64,000 nt of DNA, from assembly GCA_050250375.1 (NCBI GenBank), contig JBFWOS010000003.1, positions 273,284-337,283 on the forward strand, in the 5' to 3' direction. Source of the DNA: Candidatus Omnitrophota bacterium. GTDB lineage: Bacteria; Omnitrophota; Gorgyraeia; Zapsychrales; Zapsychraceae. The position numbers and the translations under genes are program-made. Position 1 is the first letter of the stretch, and each line of letters starts with the position of its first letter. Shown one piece after another: positions 55,485 through 64,000 of the stretch. The notes beneath the pieces were generated by a model. That model saw only the letters and a program-made list of their open reading frames with translations, searched no databases and was not told where the DNA came from.

Positions 55485-55874
55485 CTAACAGAACCTGAAT
55501 CCCTCCATATATTTTACTTCATCGGGATATTGCGGATTCAGGCCGTCCACTTTATCCTGGCAACCCTTGTCAAAATACCAGGCGACATTCAGTCCGTCCG
55601 CGTAGCCGGATTGGTATTTCTTACTGACAAAAAACATTACTTCGTTTTTGACTTCTTCTGAACCGTCCTGGTAACCCATACTGTAAAATGAATCCCCGGA
55701 CGTTGACACCTTAACGATCAGGAAAAAAACAAGACCGGTCAAGATGATCGTCCCCCAGATCCCTCCGGTGGTAAAAGAACGCGCGTACACATCCTTGGTG
55801 AGGATTTGTTCACAATGCGGACAATAAACCAGGTTCCCGGCAATCTCTTTGCGGCAATGCGGGCAAAGGCCCAT
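55485..55874 (-). CDS. zinc-ribbon (CxxC..CxxC) membrane-anchored hypothetical protein
   Basis: 129 aa. N-terminal CPHCRKE..CPHCEQ zinc ribbon, one TM helix, extracytoplasmic tail. Confidence 0.45.
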   Translation of the reverse strand: MGLCPHCRKEIAGNLVYCPHCEQILTKDVYARSFTTGGIWGTIILTGLVFFLIVKVSTSGDSFYSMGYQDGSEEVKNEVMFFVSKKYQSGYADGLNVAWYFDKGCQDKVDGLNPQYPDEVKYMEGFRFC

Positions 55875-55886
55875 CCACTTGGCTCC

Positions 55887-56867
55887 TTATAATTTTTTCC
55901 CAAAATCCTTTCTCACCGGCTTATCCGAGAAAATCGTTTTAAGGATCATATCCCCCACCTCCCGGCGGTAATGGGAAGATTCATAATATAAATGATTGTC
56001 TGTTGTCACGGAATTGTACCCTGAAAAATCCCAGAGATCACCGGCGATCAGCTTGACCTGCCTTAGCCAGTCCTGGTACTCTTCCTGATCAAATGTTTTG
56101 TAAATAATTTGATGATACGGTGAATTAAAAATAAATGTTGGGATCCCGTTTTCCCGGATCAGGGCCATCAAACGTTTGAACCGCTCCAGGTTAATCTTGA
56201 CCCGCCCCTGGCCCGGTTCACAAGCCAGATCCTCTACAATCCTGGTCTTCGCATATCCATCCGGATCTTCTTCAATCAGCCGGTCACTTTCCGGATAAGA
56301 CCATTGTCCTGTCGTGAGATCGGCCTGGTAATAAACCGGTTCATTCCGCTTTTTAACCGTCCTTCTCCATTCTTTTAAATTAAACTTAAATAAATACGGA
56401 AAATAAAAATCGATCCAACTAGAGCCGGATACTTCGGGATGTTCCTTCGCGAACAGGGAATCATCCGGGACATCCTCGCATAAGAACATGACATCGTACT
56501 CAAGCCCGATGATCAGCTGGTTGACCCGCTCCTGGGTCTTGATCAGCCAGCGCAGTTTCTTTTCCATACCGTTGATCGATTCCGATCCGACGGCCAGATT
56601 GTAATAAAACTGGCCGGAACGCTGGTTGGCCATATCCACATCAATCATATTTGTCCTCGAAGAACCCAGAATAAAAGCATTAAACCCCGGATGTTCCTTT
56701 ATATACTGAATCTTGCGGAACCGGCCATTGTCATGGATATTCCTGGTATTGATCTCAGTCAGACCAAAGACCCGGTGTATATCCGTAACCACATTGCTGA
56801 CCACCGTGATCATAAACATCATCAGGACAAGACTGAAAAAAATAATGTTGTAACGTTTCATATCCAT
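55887..56867 (-). CDS. DltD/AlgJ-like periplasmic partner of the MBOAT acyltransferase (SGNH-like)
   Basis: 326 aa. N-terminal TM anchor. ILGSSRT resembles the DltD catalytic GSSE block. The start is 2 nt after the MBOAT stop. Confidence 0.55.
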   Translation of the reverse strand: MDMKRYNIIFFSLVLMMFMITVVSNVVTDIHRVFGLTEINTRNIHDNGRFRKIQYIKEHPGFNAFILGSSRTNMIDVDMANQRSGQFYYNLAVGSESINGMEKKLRWLIKTQERVNQLIIGLEYDVMFLCEDVPDDSLFAKEHPEVSGSSWIDFYFPYLFKFNLKEWRRTVKKRNEPVYYQADLTTGQWSYPESDRLIEEDPDGYAKTRIVEDLACEPGQGRVKINLERFKRLMALIRENGIPTFIFNSPYHQIIYKTFDQEEYQDWLRQVKLIAGDLWDFSGYNSVTTDNHLYYESSHYRREVGDMILKTIFSDKPVRKDFGKKL

Positions 56868-56869
56868 AT

Positions 56870-58363
56870 TTAAAAATTGAAATAAATAAATTCGCTGGCC
56901 TTGACCATGTTAACGACACTAATCAGGAAAGTAACCGTAACAAACAAACCCCATACAACGGTCGGTTTCCAGTTTAACAGTTTGTGAAGCCGGGTGACCG
57001 GTCCCATTTTAGCTGGGTCAAAATCAACCGTCGGTTCGTAATCCCGCATGATTTCCTGGGTATTCGGAAAGAACTTCACGAGGAGAAGCGAAACAACAAC
57101 GGCCATGATCTGGTTCACTTCGATCTCATAGGGAGAATATCCGTCATGATTCAGAAAAAACATCCCCCTGAAAACCGCAGACGCGGCCGGAAACGATTCC
57201 GCCCGGAACAAAACCCACGCGAAGACAACGCCCAGAAATGTCAGACAATTTCCGGCCTGCCGCATCACAGCGGCCTGAGCCCATGCCCATTTGTTGGACA
57301 GGATATCAAACACATAATTAACGGTTAAATAAATCCCGTGCAGTATCCCCCACAGGACAAACGTCCAGTTCGCGCCGTGCCACAATCCGCCCAGAACCAT
57401 AACAATCGCCATGTTCAGACACTGCCTGAAAGCGCCGTAGCGGTTTCCTCCCAGCGGGAAATATAAATAATCCCGGAGAAACCTTGAAAGTGTCATGTGC
57501 CATCGCCGCCAGAAGTCAATGATGTTGACAGCCTTGTAGGGCGAATTAAAATTCAGCGGAAGCCTGATCGCGAACATCCGGCCCAGGCCGATGGCCATGT
57601 CGGAATAACCGCTGAAATCAAAATAAATCTGAAACGTGTAACAAAGCGTTCCGATCCAGGCGGCCCCGGCCGACAAGGCCTTTCCTTCCAGGGCGGCATT
57701 AAAGACCGGCGTCGCGTAAACCGCCAGATTATCGGCCAGCATCACTTTTTTAAACAGCCCGACCGTGAAAATGGTTAACCCGACGGCCAGGTTGGCATGG
57801 TCAAACCAGTATGTCTTCTTTTCTGAATATTGGGGAATAATTTCCTGATGATGCACGATCGGTCCCGCAATGAGCTGAGGAAAAAACGTGACAAAAAGGC
57901 TGTATTTGAGAAAATTATATTCTTTAGTCTTGCCTGTGTAGGCATCCGCCAGGTAAGCGATCTGCTGAAACGTAAAAAAAGATATGGCCAGCGGCAGGAC
58001 AATATGCCGCGCCGGAAGGTCAAATCCGAAAAGATTATTCAGGTTGGCGATGATAAACCCGGTATATTTGAAATACCCCAAAAGGCCCAGATTGAAAATA
58101 ATACCGAGGGCCAGGACACTTTTGGACCGTTTCCGGGATTGCCCGGCGTGTTTTCCCAGATAATACCCGGCTGAATAATTTCCCGCCATGGAAACCGCGA
58201 TGAGGAACAAATAAACGGGATTCCACCAGCCGTAAAAAAACAGCGACGACACCAGCAACCAGGCCAGTGCCGACCGGCGATGGCTTCTGTCCCCCAGCCA
58301 ATAATAACCGATAAAAACGACCGGTAAAAAAACAAAGATAAATTCGTAGGAATTAAACAGCAT
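56870..58363 (-). CDS. membrane-bound O-acyltransferase (MBOAT; AlgI/DltB family)
   Basis: 497 aa. Multi-TM, with the conserved MBOAT His region ..GGLWHGANWTFVLWGILHG.. and an N-terminus typical of AlgI/DltB. Confidence 0.85.
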   Translation of the reverse strand: MLFNSYEFIFVFLPVVFIGYYWLGDRSHRRSALAWLLVSSLFFYGWWNPVYLFLIAVSMAGNYSAGYYLGKHAGQSRKRSKSVLALGIIFNLGLLGYFKYTGFIIANLNNLFGFDLPARHIVLPLAISFFTFQQIAYLADAYTGKTKEYNFLKYSLFVTFFPQLIAGPIVHHQEIIPQYSEKKTYWFDHANLAVGLTIFTVGLFKKVMLADNLAVYATPVFNAALEGKALSAGAAWIGTLCYTFQIYFDFSGYSDMAIGLGRMFAIRLPLNFNSPYKAVNIIDFWRRWHMTLSRFLRDYLYFPLGGNRYGAFRQCLNMAIVMVLGGLWHGANWTFVLWGILHGIYLTVNYVFDILSNKWAWAQAAVMRQAGNCLTFLGVVFAWVLFRAESFPAASAVFRGMFFLNHDGYSPYEIEVNQIMAVVVSLLLVKFFPNTQEIMRDYEPTVDFDPAKMGPVTRLHKLLNWKPTVVWGLFVTVTFLISVVNMVKASEFIYFNF

Positions 58364-58545
58364 AATGGGTTTTATGGATTAAATATTTCTGACCACGCCT
58401 ATTATAGTGAGAAGTCCCGGGAGTGACAAGCCGCTTCTGCTAATTCCGGGACTCCGCTCTCAGGCCGTTCCAGGAAAATATTTTCCATGGACAGGTTTCC
58501 TTGATTCATTTAGGATAAGATAACCATCCAAAGACTGGCAGGAGT

Positions 58546-59526
58546 GTGGTTGTGAACCATCCGAACACTGAAAAAAACATAACACCTTTCAATCCTTCCG
58601 GCATCAGCCGCCGGCAATTTCTGAAATACGCCTTTTATCTGACCGCGACGGGAATCGTGTGTCCTTTTCTTCCGGACCTGGGCTGGACGGATACCGATGA
58701 TCTTCTGACAAAAATAATTCCGCGAACCAACGAACGGATTCCGGTGATTGGGATGGGGACATGGCAAACCTTTCATGTCGGCAAAGATGAAACCCTGAGA
58801 AACGCCCGCACCGAAGTGCTGCGCACTTTCTTCGACATGGGCGGCACAGTCATTGATTCCTCCCCCATGTACGGCACCTCGGAAGAAGTCATCGGCTACG
58901 CCCTGGGGCGCCTCGACCATAAAAAATCCCTGTTCTCGGCCACCAAGATCTGGACGCCGTTTAAAGCCCAGGGCCTTTACCAGCTTCGCGGTTCTCATTC
59001 CCTCTGGGGACTGAACCGGTTTGATCTGGTGCAAATCCACAACTTAGTGGCCTGGCAGGATCATCTCGAATTATTACTGGAATGGAAAAAACAGGGCCTG
59101 GTGCGTTACATCGGAATAACCACTTCTCACGGCCGGCTTCATGAACAGTTTGAAAAAGTCATGACATCCGCGCCGATCGATTTTGTCCAGTTCACGTACA
59201 ATGTCCTGGACCGTGAGGCTGAACAACGCCTCCTGCCGATAGCCGCCGAACGCAAACTCGGTGTCATCATCAACCGCCCGTTCCAGGGAGGACAATTATT
59301 TCCCCTGTTCGCCAAACATCCTCTGCCTGAATGGGCCGGTGAGTTCGGCGCCCGGACCTGGTCGCAGTTTTTCCTGAAGTTTATCGTTTCGCATCCGGCT
59401 GTAACCTGTACGATTCCGGCGACCTCGCGTATCGATCACATGAAAGAAAATATGGCCGCGTTAGCCGGACGATTACCGACTGAACCGGAGCGAAAAAAGA
59501 TGGCCGAATATATCACCCAACTATAA
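58546..59526 (+). CDS. aldo/keto reductase with twin-arginine (TAT) signal peptide
   Basis: 326 aa. SRRQFLKYAFYLTATGIV is a TAT motif plus h-region. The AKR core follows (IGMGTW.., ..LVRYIGITTS). Confidence 0.8.
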   Translation: MVVNHPNTEKNITPFNPSGISRRQFLKYAFYLTATGIVCPFLPDLGWTDTDDLLTKIIPRTNERIPVIGMGTWQTFHVGKDETLRNARTEVLRTFFDMGGTVIDSSPMYGTSEEVIGYALGRLDHKKSLFSATKIWTPFKAQGLYQLRGSHSLWGLNRFDLVQIHNLVAWQDHLELLLEWKKQGLVRYIGITTSHGRLHEQFEKVMTSAPIDFVQFTYNVLDREAEQRLLPIAAERKLGVIINRPFQGGQLFPLFAKHPLPEWAGEFGARTWSQFFLKFIVSHPAVTCTIPATSRIDHMKENMAALAGRLPTEPERKKMAEYITQL

Positions 59527-59540
59527 AAGACCTGCCCCCG

Positions 59541-59951
59541 TCACCCGATCGAACAGGCCGAAACAAATCCGTTCTCCAGTATGAGATTCTTTAACCGGTT
59601 TTCCAGTTCATCAAAAACAACCCCGGCTAATGTTTGTCCGTTACACGATTTCTTCCACATAACGCTTCCCCAGGCCTGAAAACTTTTTTCCGGAGAAAGA
59701 AACATCTTTACCTCCAACCGCTGGTTCACTTCAATACTTTTGTCGGCATAAAGGCAGACTCCGGCCGGAGTCAGGTCCCGCATCTGTGTCCTCACAAGCA
59801 GATGATGGATATTGTCGCGGTAAAACGCCCGGCTTGTAATTTCCCAGCGGGGCATATAACGCCGGTCATAAATATAAACATGATCAAAAATATCATACGA
59901 ATAATTGTGTACGGGTTTAACCGTAAGGTGTCTGACGGCGGTTCCATTCAT
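59541..59951 (-). CDS. PilZ-like domain protein (tentative)
   Basis: 136 aa. RRYMPR (RxxxR-like) and DLTPAGVCLYA (D-x-S/T-x-x-G) are in PilZ order. Weaker match than 54216-54893. Confidence 0.4.
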   Translation of the reverse strand: MNGTAVRHLTVKPVHNYSYDIFDHVYIYDRRYMPRWEITSRAFYRDNIHHLLVRTQMRDLTPAGVCLYADKSIEVNQRLEVKMFLSPEKSFQAWGSVMWKKSCNGQTLAGVVFDELENRLKNLILENGFVSACSIG

Positions 59952-59966
59952 GATTTCCTCCTCCTT

Positions 59967-60356
59967 TTAATGGGCCAATGGTTCGAAGGTGTTCAGAACG
60001 ATCGTCCGGGTTACCCTTTCCATCAAGTGGTGCAGTCCTTCTGCCTTGTGGTAATACCCCGACGCAAACGGGATCAATTGCCGCTGTCTTACCAAAGGAT
60101 AAATGCTGGCGACAATCACTTTCATGTCCGGATTATACTCTTTGATAATATCAAACATCCTGAGCCCGTCTACATCAGGCAGGTTGATCTCCATGATGAC
60201 AAGGTCCACCCTGTTTCTGATGATATAGTTGGTGGCTTCTTTCGCGGTTTTCGCTTCAACGACCTCATAAAGCGTATTGCTCAGGGAGTAAATAGATCTT
60301 TTGTATATTAAACGGGCCACTTCCTCTTCATCAATAATTAAAATCCTGTACTTCAT
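59967..60356 (-). CDS. single-domain CheY-like receiver with Glu at the phospho-acceptor position
   Basis: 129 aa. ILIIDEEE (acidic pocket), DLVIMEINLPDVDG (Glu where Asp57 is expected), VIVASIY (T/S position), K later. Stand-alone REC. Confidence 0.75.
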   Translation of the reverse strand: MKYRILIIDEEEVARLIYKRSIYSLSNTLYEVVEAKTAKEATNYIIRNRVDLVIMEINLPDVDGLRMFDIIKEYNPDMKVIVASIYPLVRQRQLIPFASGYYHKAEGLHHLMERVTRTIVLNTFEPLAH

Positions 60357-60562
60357 GTCTGCCTCCTTATTAATTTGTTTATCCCTGGTTCAATTTACCG
60401 GTCATAATAATCGAAGGAATCAGTAACGGAGTACTTGCATAACTGCACTATACAAAAAACGACATTAAAGGAAGATTAAATTAAAATTAATTTCTTATAA
60501 GAAATAAACCGGCGAGAAAATAAGCGAAGAAAAAATGCGCGGGCACCACCGCAGCGCAGGGA

Positions 60563-61792
60563 TTATGGCGCTGACAAAAATTGATTATCGACCAGGTATC
60601 CGGCAATTTCCCGGGCGACCACACGATTGGCCGCCGGGGTCATATGCCCGTCCCAATTAAAATAAAATGCTTCCTGGCTTGTCCGTCGGGCTTGAATCAA
60701 TTGAGGCGTGACGTTTACAAAAGGAATATTCTTGTCTCGGGCATAGTCTCCGACGAGTTCAAAAGGCCGGTGGTCGGTGTAAAGCCTGTCTTTTTCAAAA
60801 CCCCAGGTGAACCGCCCTTCGTTCCACTCATCCGCCCCCACATAAATGCCGTAAGGATACACGACCAAGACCATCGGTATGCCAAGTTCGTCCAGACGGG
60901 CCTTAATTTTATCGAGATACCGGGCCGTGCGTTCAAATTGCTTGCGGATCAGCCGTTCACGCATCTTCCCCCGCATAAACAAAAGGCCGTCAAAACGCAA
61001 AATTACGTCATCCGGGTAATGACCGTCCGGCGTGTTCACAATGTACGCCTTGGAGCGCATGTTTTTATCTTTGATCTTTGAATATTCCCCGCGGCCGATG
61101 AGTTTTTTCTTTTCAAAATGCCGCAGGACTTTCTTGTCAAACTGCGCCCAGCTGGATGAATAAAACGTGAGCCATTTCCACCAGGACCTTTTGCCGTCCA
61201 CATACGTCTGGTCAAAATATTTGATCTCTCCATTTCCGTCGAATACAGCCTGGCCTTCATGCCGCCAGTCATCCTGGATATCGGTCATATCCAGCATCAG
61301 GATGACCAGGTCAGGTTCGGCTTTTAAAAGAAAATTATCCAGGTTCACATAATGATAAATCGGGGAGGAATGTCCGACTCCGGCATTGATCACTTCGACG
61401 GTATGATCGGATTTCTTCAAATACTCTTCAAGCAGCGCCGGGATCGTTTCCTGATCCTGGGCGCCTACCCCGAACGTAAATGAATCGCCGATCACCATGA
61501 CGCGTTTTTTTCCGGCGGGTTTGGGCACGGCAAATTCCGGCCCCCGGTAACCGCGGCTGTTGATATGCGCGGTATAATTATATTCATTGAACTGGTTGGT
61601 CTGATTTTTCAGGACTGTGTTCGGCGGGAGCAGATGCTCCATCCTGATCTGGGTGATCGCGTTAAGCGGATTCGGAGCCCCCCTGACCAGACGGAAAACG
61701 ATTTCCAGCAGAACAAAGAAAATAATGATCGACAAAAATGCTGTGATAACGCTGAAAATAAATTTTTTAAATCCCGTTACATGACCAGGCAT
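60563..61792 (-). CDS. membrane-anchored SGNH/GDSL hydrolase (AlgX/AlgJ-type O-acetyl-transfer or esterase candidate)
   Basis: 409 aa. N-terminal TM. VMVIGDSFTFGVG (GDS block), GVGHSSP, DLVILMLDMTD, and a C-terminal ..WDGHMTP.. (DxxH-like). Confidence 0.65.
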   Translation of the reverse strand: MPGHVTGFKKFIFSVITAFLSIIIFFVLLEIVFRLVRGAPNPLNAITQIRMEHLLPPNTVLKNQTNQFNEYNYTAHINSRGYRGPEFAVPKPAGKKRVMVIGDSFTFGVGAQDQETIPALLEEYLKKSDHTVEVINAGVGHSSPIYHYVNLDNFLLKAEPDLVILMLDMTDIQDDWRHEGQAVFDGNGEIKYFDQTYVDGKRSWWKWLTFYSSSWAQFDKKVLRHFEKKKLIGRGEYSKIKDKNMRSKAYIVNTPDGHYPDDVILRFDGLLFMRGKMRERLIRKQFERTARYLDKIKARLDELGIPMVLVVYPYGIYVGADEWNEGRFTWGFEKDRLYTDHRPFELVGDYARDKNIPFVNVTPQLIQARRTSQEAFYFNWDGHMTPAANRVVAREIAGYLVDNQFLSAP

Positions 61793-61823
61793 AGAATAAT
61801 ATCCCTAAAGATTAAAACCGGCG

Positions 61824-64000
61824 CTATTTTTCTCTTAGCTGAAATATGGCATCGAAATCTACTTTTTCGGCAGTTAACACCATACCCACGGCAGGAAATC
61901 CTGTCGTATTCTTAATCAGATTCGTGTAATATTCGGTATATTGTTCAACGGTTTCTTCCGGCCCGGGGGATTTCATCCCGATAAAAACGAACCGGGCATC
62001 TTTGGAGGATTCCCGCATTAACGAAAAAATGTCCGGCTGATCTTTAATGACGATCTCAATTTCCGCATCGATATTTTCCTTTTCAACGAAACCCTGAAAA
62101 TGTTTTAACTGCTCGTCTTTCTCTTCCTGGTCCCCCACGATTGTTTTAATGAACAGTTTGGAACCGGCCCATTCCGGGCTTGTCTTTAAAAGATACGCTA
62201 ACGCCAGGATCAGTCCCGAATTTTCTCCGACCCGCCTGAACCACAAATCAATCTGCTGGGTATTCTGCCAGTTCCGCATGCTTTCGCCGGACGTGTCCTC
62301 CCGGACAATGACGAGATTACTGCGGCTTCGGTATATGGTCATGATGAGATTAACATAACGCGTGAAATCATCGGATTCTTCGACGTCACCGAGTAAAACT
62401 GTATTGGGGACAAGTGCACCGAACCCATACGAATTAACCAGCTCCTGCGCCCCGAGATAAACATCATTGGCCTCTATAATCTTGACCATGGCCGGGACCG
62501 ACCGTTCATTCAAATATCCGCGTATCGAATTTTGCAAGGTTACAATCCGCTCGGGTTCCGTCGATGCAGTGGGAAGAACGACTGCGACCGTCAGAAATCC
62601 CTTGCCGTGAGAGATCGCGTCCGCCAGGGCAATCAGATACCATCGCTTTTCAGGGGATCCGCTCAGGACCAGAATATTCGGCCTCCAGGTCTTGGCATGC
62701 GGAGGCCTGGCCTCCAGTTTGTAAAGGGCATGCCGGATCATCATCATCAATATCCCGTAACGCATGTCGCCCCAATAGGCATTGAGCTGACGGCGCTTGA
62801 CCAGATAATAAACTCCCCCTGAAATAAACGTCGCCAAAAATGTGGCTCCCGGGCTGATCATAAACATGACAATCAGACATCCCAGGGCCCCGGCCAGAGG
62901 GAGCGACCAGTGGACGCGGAATTTCGGACGCCAGGACGGGTTGCCGATGATCCCTTCCAAAGCGGCGGATAGATTTAACAATCCGTAAGACGTGAGAAAA
63001 AACATGGTCAATAAAGAAGCGATGGCATTAAAATTTCCGAACAGGATTCCCAATAAAGCGATGCAGAACGAAAACGCGGTCGCAATGCGCGGATCGTTCT
63101 TGCGGCCAAATCCTTTCCCGATCCACCGGGGGATAACGCGGTCTTTGGCCAGGGCCTGCAGTGTGCGCGGAGCTCCCAATAAAGCGCCTAACGCGCTCGA
63201 CAAAGCCGCGCCCCATAATCCATACAAAACTAAATTACCCCATTTCGCCAGATCCTTCATAATAAAAAAATTGGTTAATAACTGTTCGTCGGGAACTTTG
63301 TAGAAATTAAGATATAAAGGAATGGCCAGATACACGAGATAACTGACCATGATGGCGGTTAATGTCCCCCGGGGCAGGGACTTTTCAGGATTTTTCAGGT
63401 CACCCGACATGGATAATCCCGCCTCAATTCCCGTCACCGCCGGAAAAAAAACCGCAAAGACAACCCAGAAGGAATGTTTGACCGGAACGATGGCCTGGAT
63501 CACTTCCTGTGAATTCGGTAAATATCTTCCCGAGAAGAACGAATACAACGACACGAAGATTAACGTTAAAATCAAATATTGAAACTTCAAAGCCACGTCG
63601 GCAGAAAAGTACGCCAGAAGAGTCAGTAAAATAAGCGTCACCGTTCCGGTAAAAACCGGCGGGAATTGCGGAAACACATCCATCAACGATTCGGAAAAAC
63701 CAGCGATATAAAAAGACACGCCCAGGGCCTGCGCAAAAAACAGCGGCAATCCGATCGCCGCCCCGGCCTCCAAACCCAGGGACCTGGAAATAATATAATA
63801 GGCCCCTCCGCCTCCGATTTTCATGTTGGTGGCGAGTTCAGAAACGGAAAGCGCGGTCAAAAGAGTAATGGACGTGGCCAGCGTCACCGTCAAAATGGTC
63901 TCAAACAGGCCCAGGTTGCCTAACACCCAGCCCAGACGCAGATACATAACGACACCTAAAATCGTCAGGATGCTGGGCATAAACACACCCTGGAAGGTGC
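61824..64000 (-). CDS. SLC12-like cation-chloride cotransporter / APC-superfamily permease with large C-terminal cytoplasmic domain; 5' end runs off the window
   Basis: At least 720 aa. ~12 TM helices (..ILGVVMYLRLGWVLGNLG.. is TM1-like) then a ~250-aa soluble domain. The reading frame stays open to the window end, so the start is not visible. Confidence 0.75.
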   Translation of the reverse strand, partial: TFQGVFMPSILTILGVVMYLRLGWVLGNLGLFETILTVTLATSITLLTALSVSELATNMKIGGGGAYYIISRSLGLEAGAAIGLPLFFAQALGVSFYIAGFSESLMDVFPQFPPVFTGTVTLILLTLLAYFSADVALKFQYLILTLIFVSLYSFFSGRYLPNSQEVIQAIVPVKHSFWVVFAVFFPAVTGIEAGLSMSGDLKNPEKSLPRGTLTAIMVSYLVYLAIPLYLNFYKVPDEQLLTNFFIMKDLAKWGNLVLYGLWGAALSSALGALLGAPRTLQALAKDRVIPRWIGKGFGRKNDPRIATAFSFCIALLGILFGNFNAIASLLTMFFLTSYGLLNLSAALEGIIGNPSWRPKFRVHWSLPLAGALGCLIVMFMISPGATFLATFISGGVYYLVKRRQLNAYWGDMRYGILMMMIRHALYKLEARPPHAKTWRPNILVLSGSPEKRWYLIALADAISHGKGFLTVAVVLPTASTEPERIVTLQNSIRGYLNERSVPAMVKIIEANDVYLGAQELVNSYGFGALVPNTVLLGDVEESDDFTRYVNLIMTIYRSRSNLVIVREDTSGESMRNWQNTQQIDLWFRRVGENSGLILALAYLLKTSPEWAGSKLFIKTIVGDQEEKDEQLKHFQGFVEKENIDAEIEIVIKDQPDIFSLMRESSKDARFVFIGMKSPGPEETVEQYTEYYTNLIKNTTGFPAVGMVLTAEKVDFDAIFQLREK

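Noticed and set aside
1-64000. CRISPR arrays, IS elements/transposases, rRNA
   Set aside because: No regularly spaced direct repeats, no transposase/integrase-like ORFs and no rRNA-like segments were noticed on reading. A repeat-finder run would be needed to exclude short dispersed repeats.

Overview
This ~64 kb window reads as a chromosomal segment from a Gram-negative, proteobacterium-like organism. I support about 65 coding regions and one tmRNA (ssrA, minus strand, ~21604-21988). I found no rRNA, tRNA, CRISPR array, transposase or integrase. All calls are by-eye motif recognition, not searches.

Recognisable housekeeping and accessory content:
- A partial arginine-succinyltransferase (AST) operon: M20 peptidase, class-III aminotransferase, astA, astD.
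- PilT, a RimK plus AstE/AspA-family pair, CorA and a divergent CorA paralog, MscS, a SulP/STAS permease.
- SmpB, and a pyruvate dehydrogenase cluster (aceE, aceF, and an lpd that carries its own lipoyl domain).
- GST plus TetR, a NUDIX hydrolase, MarR, PrsW, OsmC, an MBOAT plus DltD-like pair, a TAT-exported aldo-keto reductase, and a partial SLC12-like transporter at the window end.

Candidates for something undescribed, roughly in order of interest:
- A 2084-aa ORF (32787-39041, minus) with ~8 dispersed TM helices, a coiled coil and a Pro/Glu-rich linker. I recognise no domain in it. It is translationally coupled to a small membrane ORF.
- A rhombosortase plus GlyGly-CTERM VIT/vWA cassette next to a MarR regulator. 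A near-identical 17-bp site occurs in both flanking promoters.
- A three-gene operon: ornithine-cyclodeaminase-family gene, ATP-grasp-like gene, NUDIX gene.
- PilT fused to a degenerate receiver (Ser at the phospho-Asp position), and a stand-alone receiver with Glu at that position.
- RimK fused to a TrkA-C-like domain.
- A tmRNA whose predicted tag ends in ALV rather than the canonical Ala-Ala (e.g. ...ALAA).
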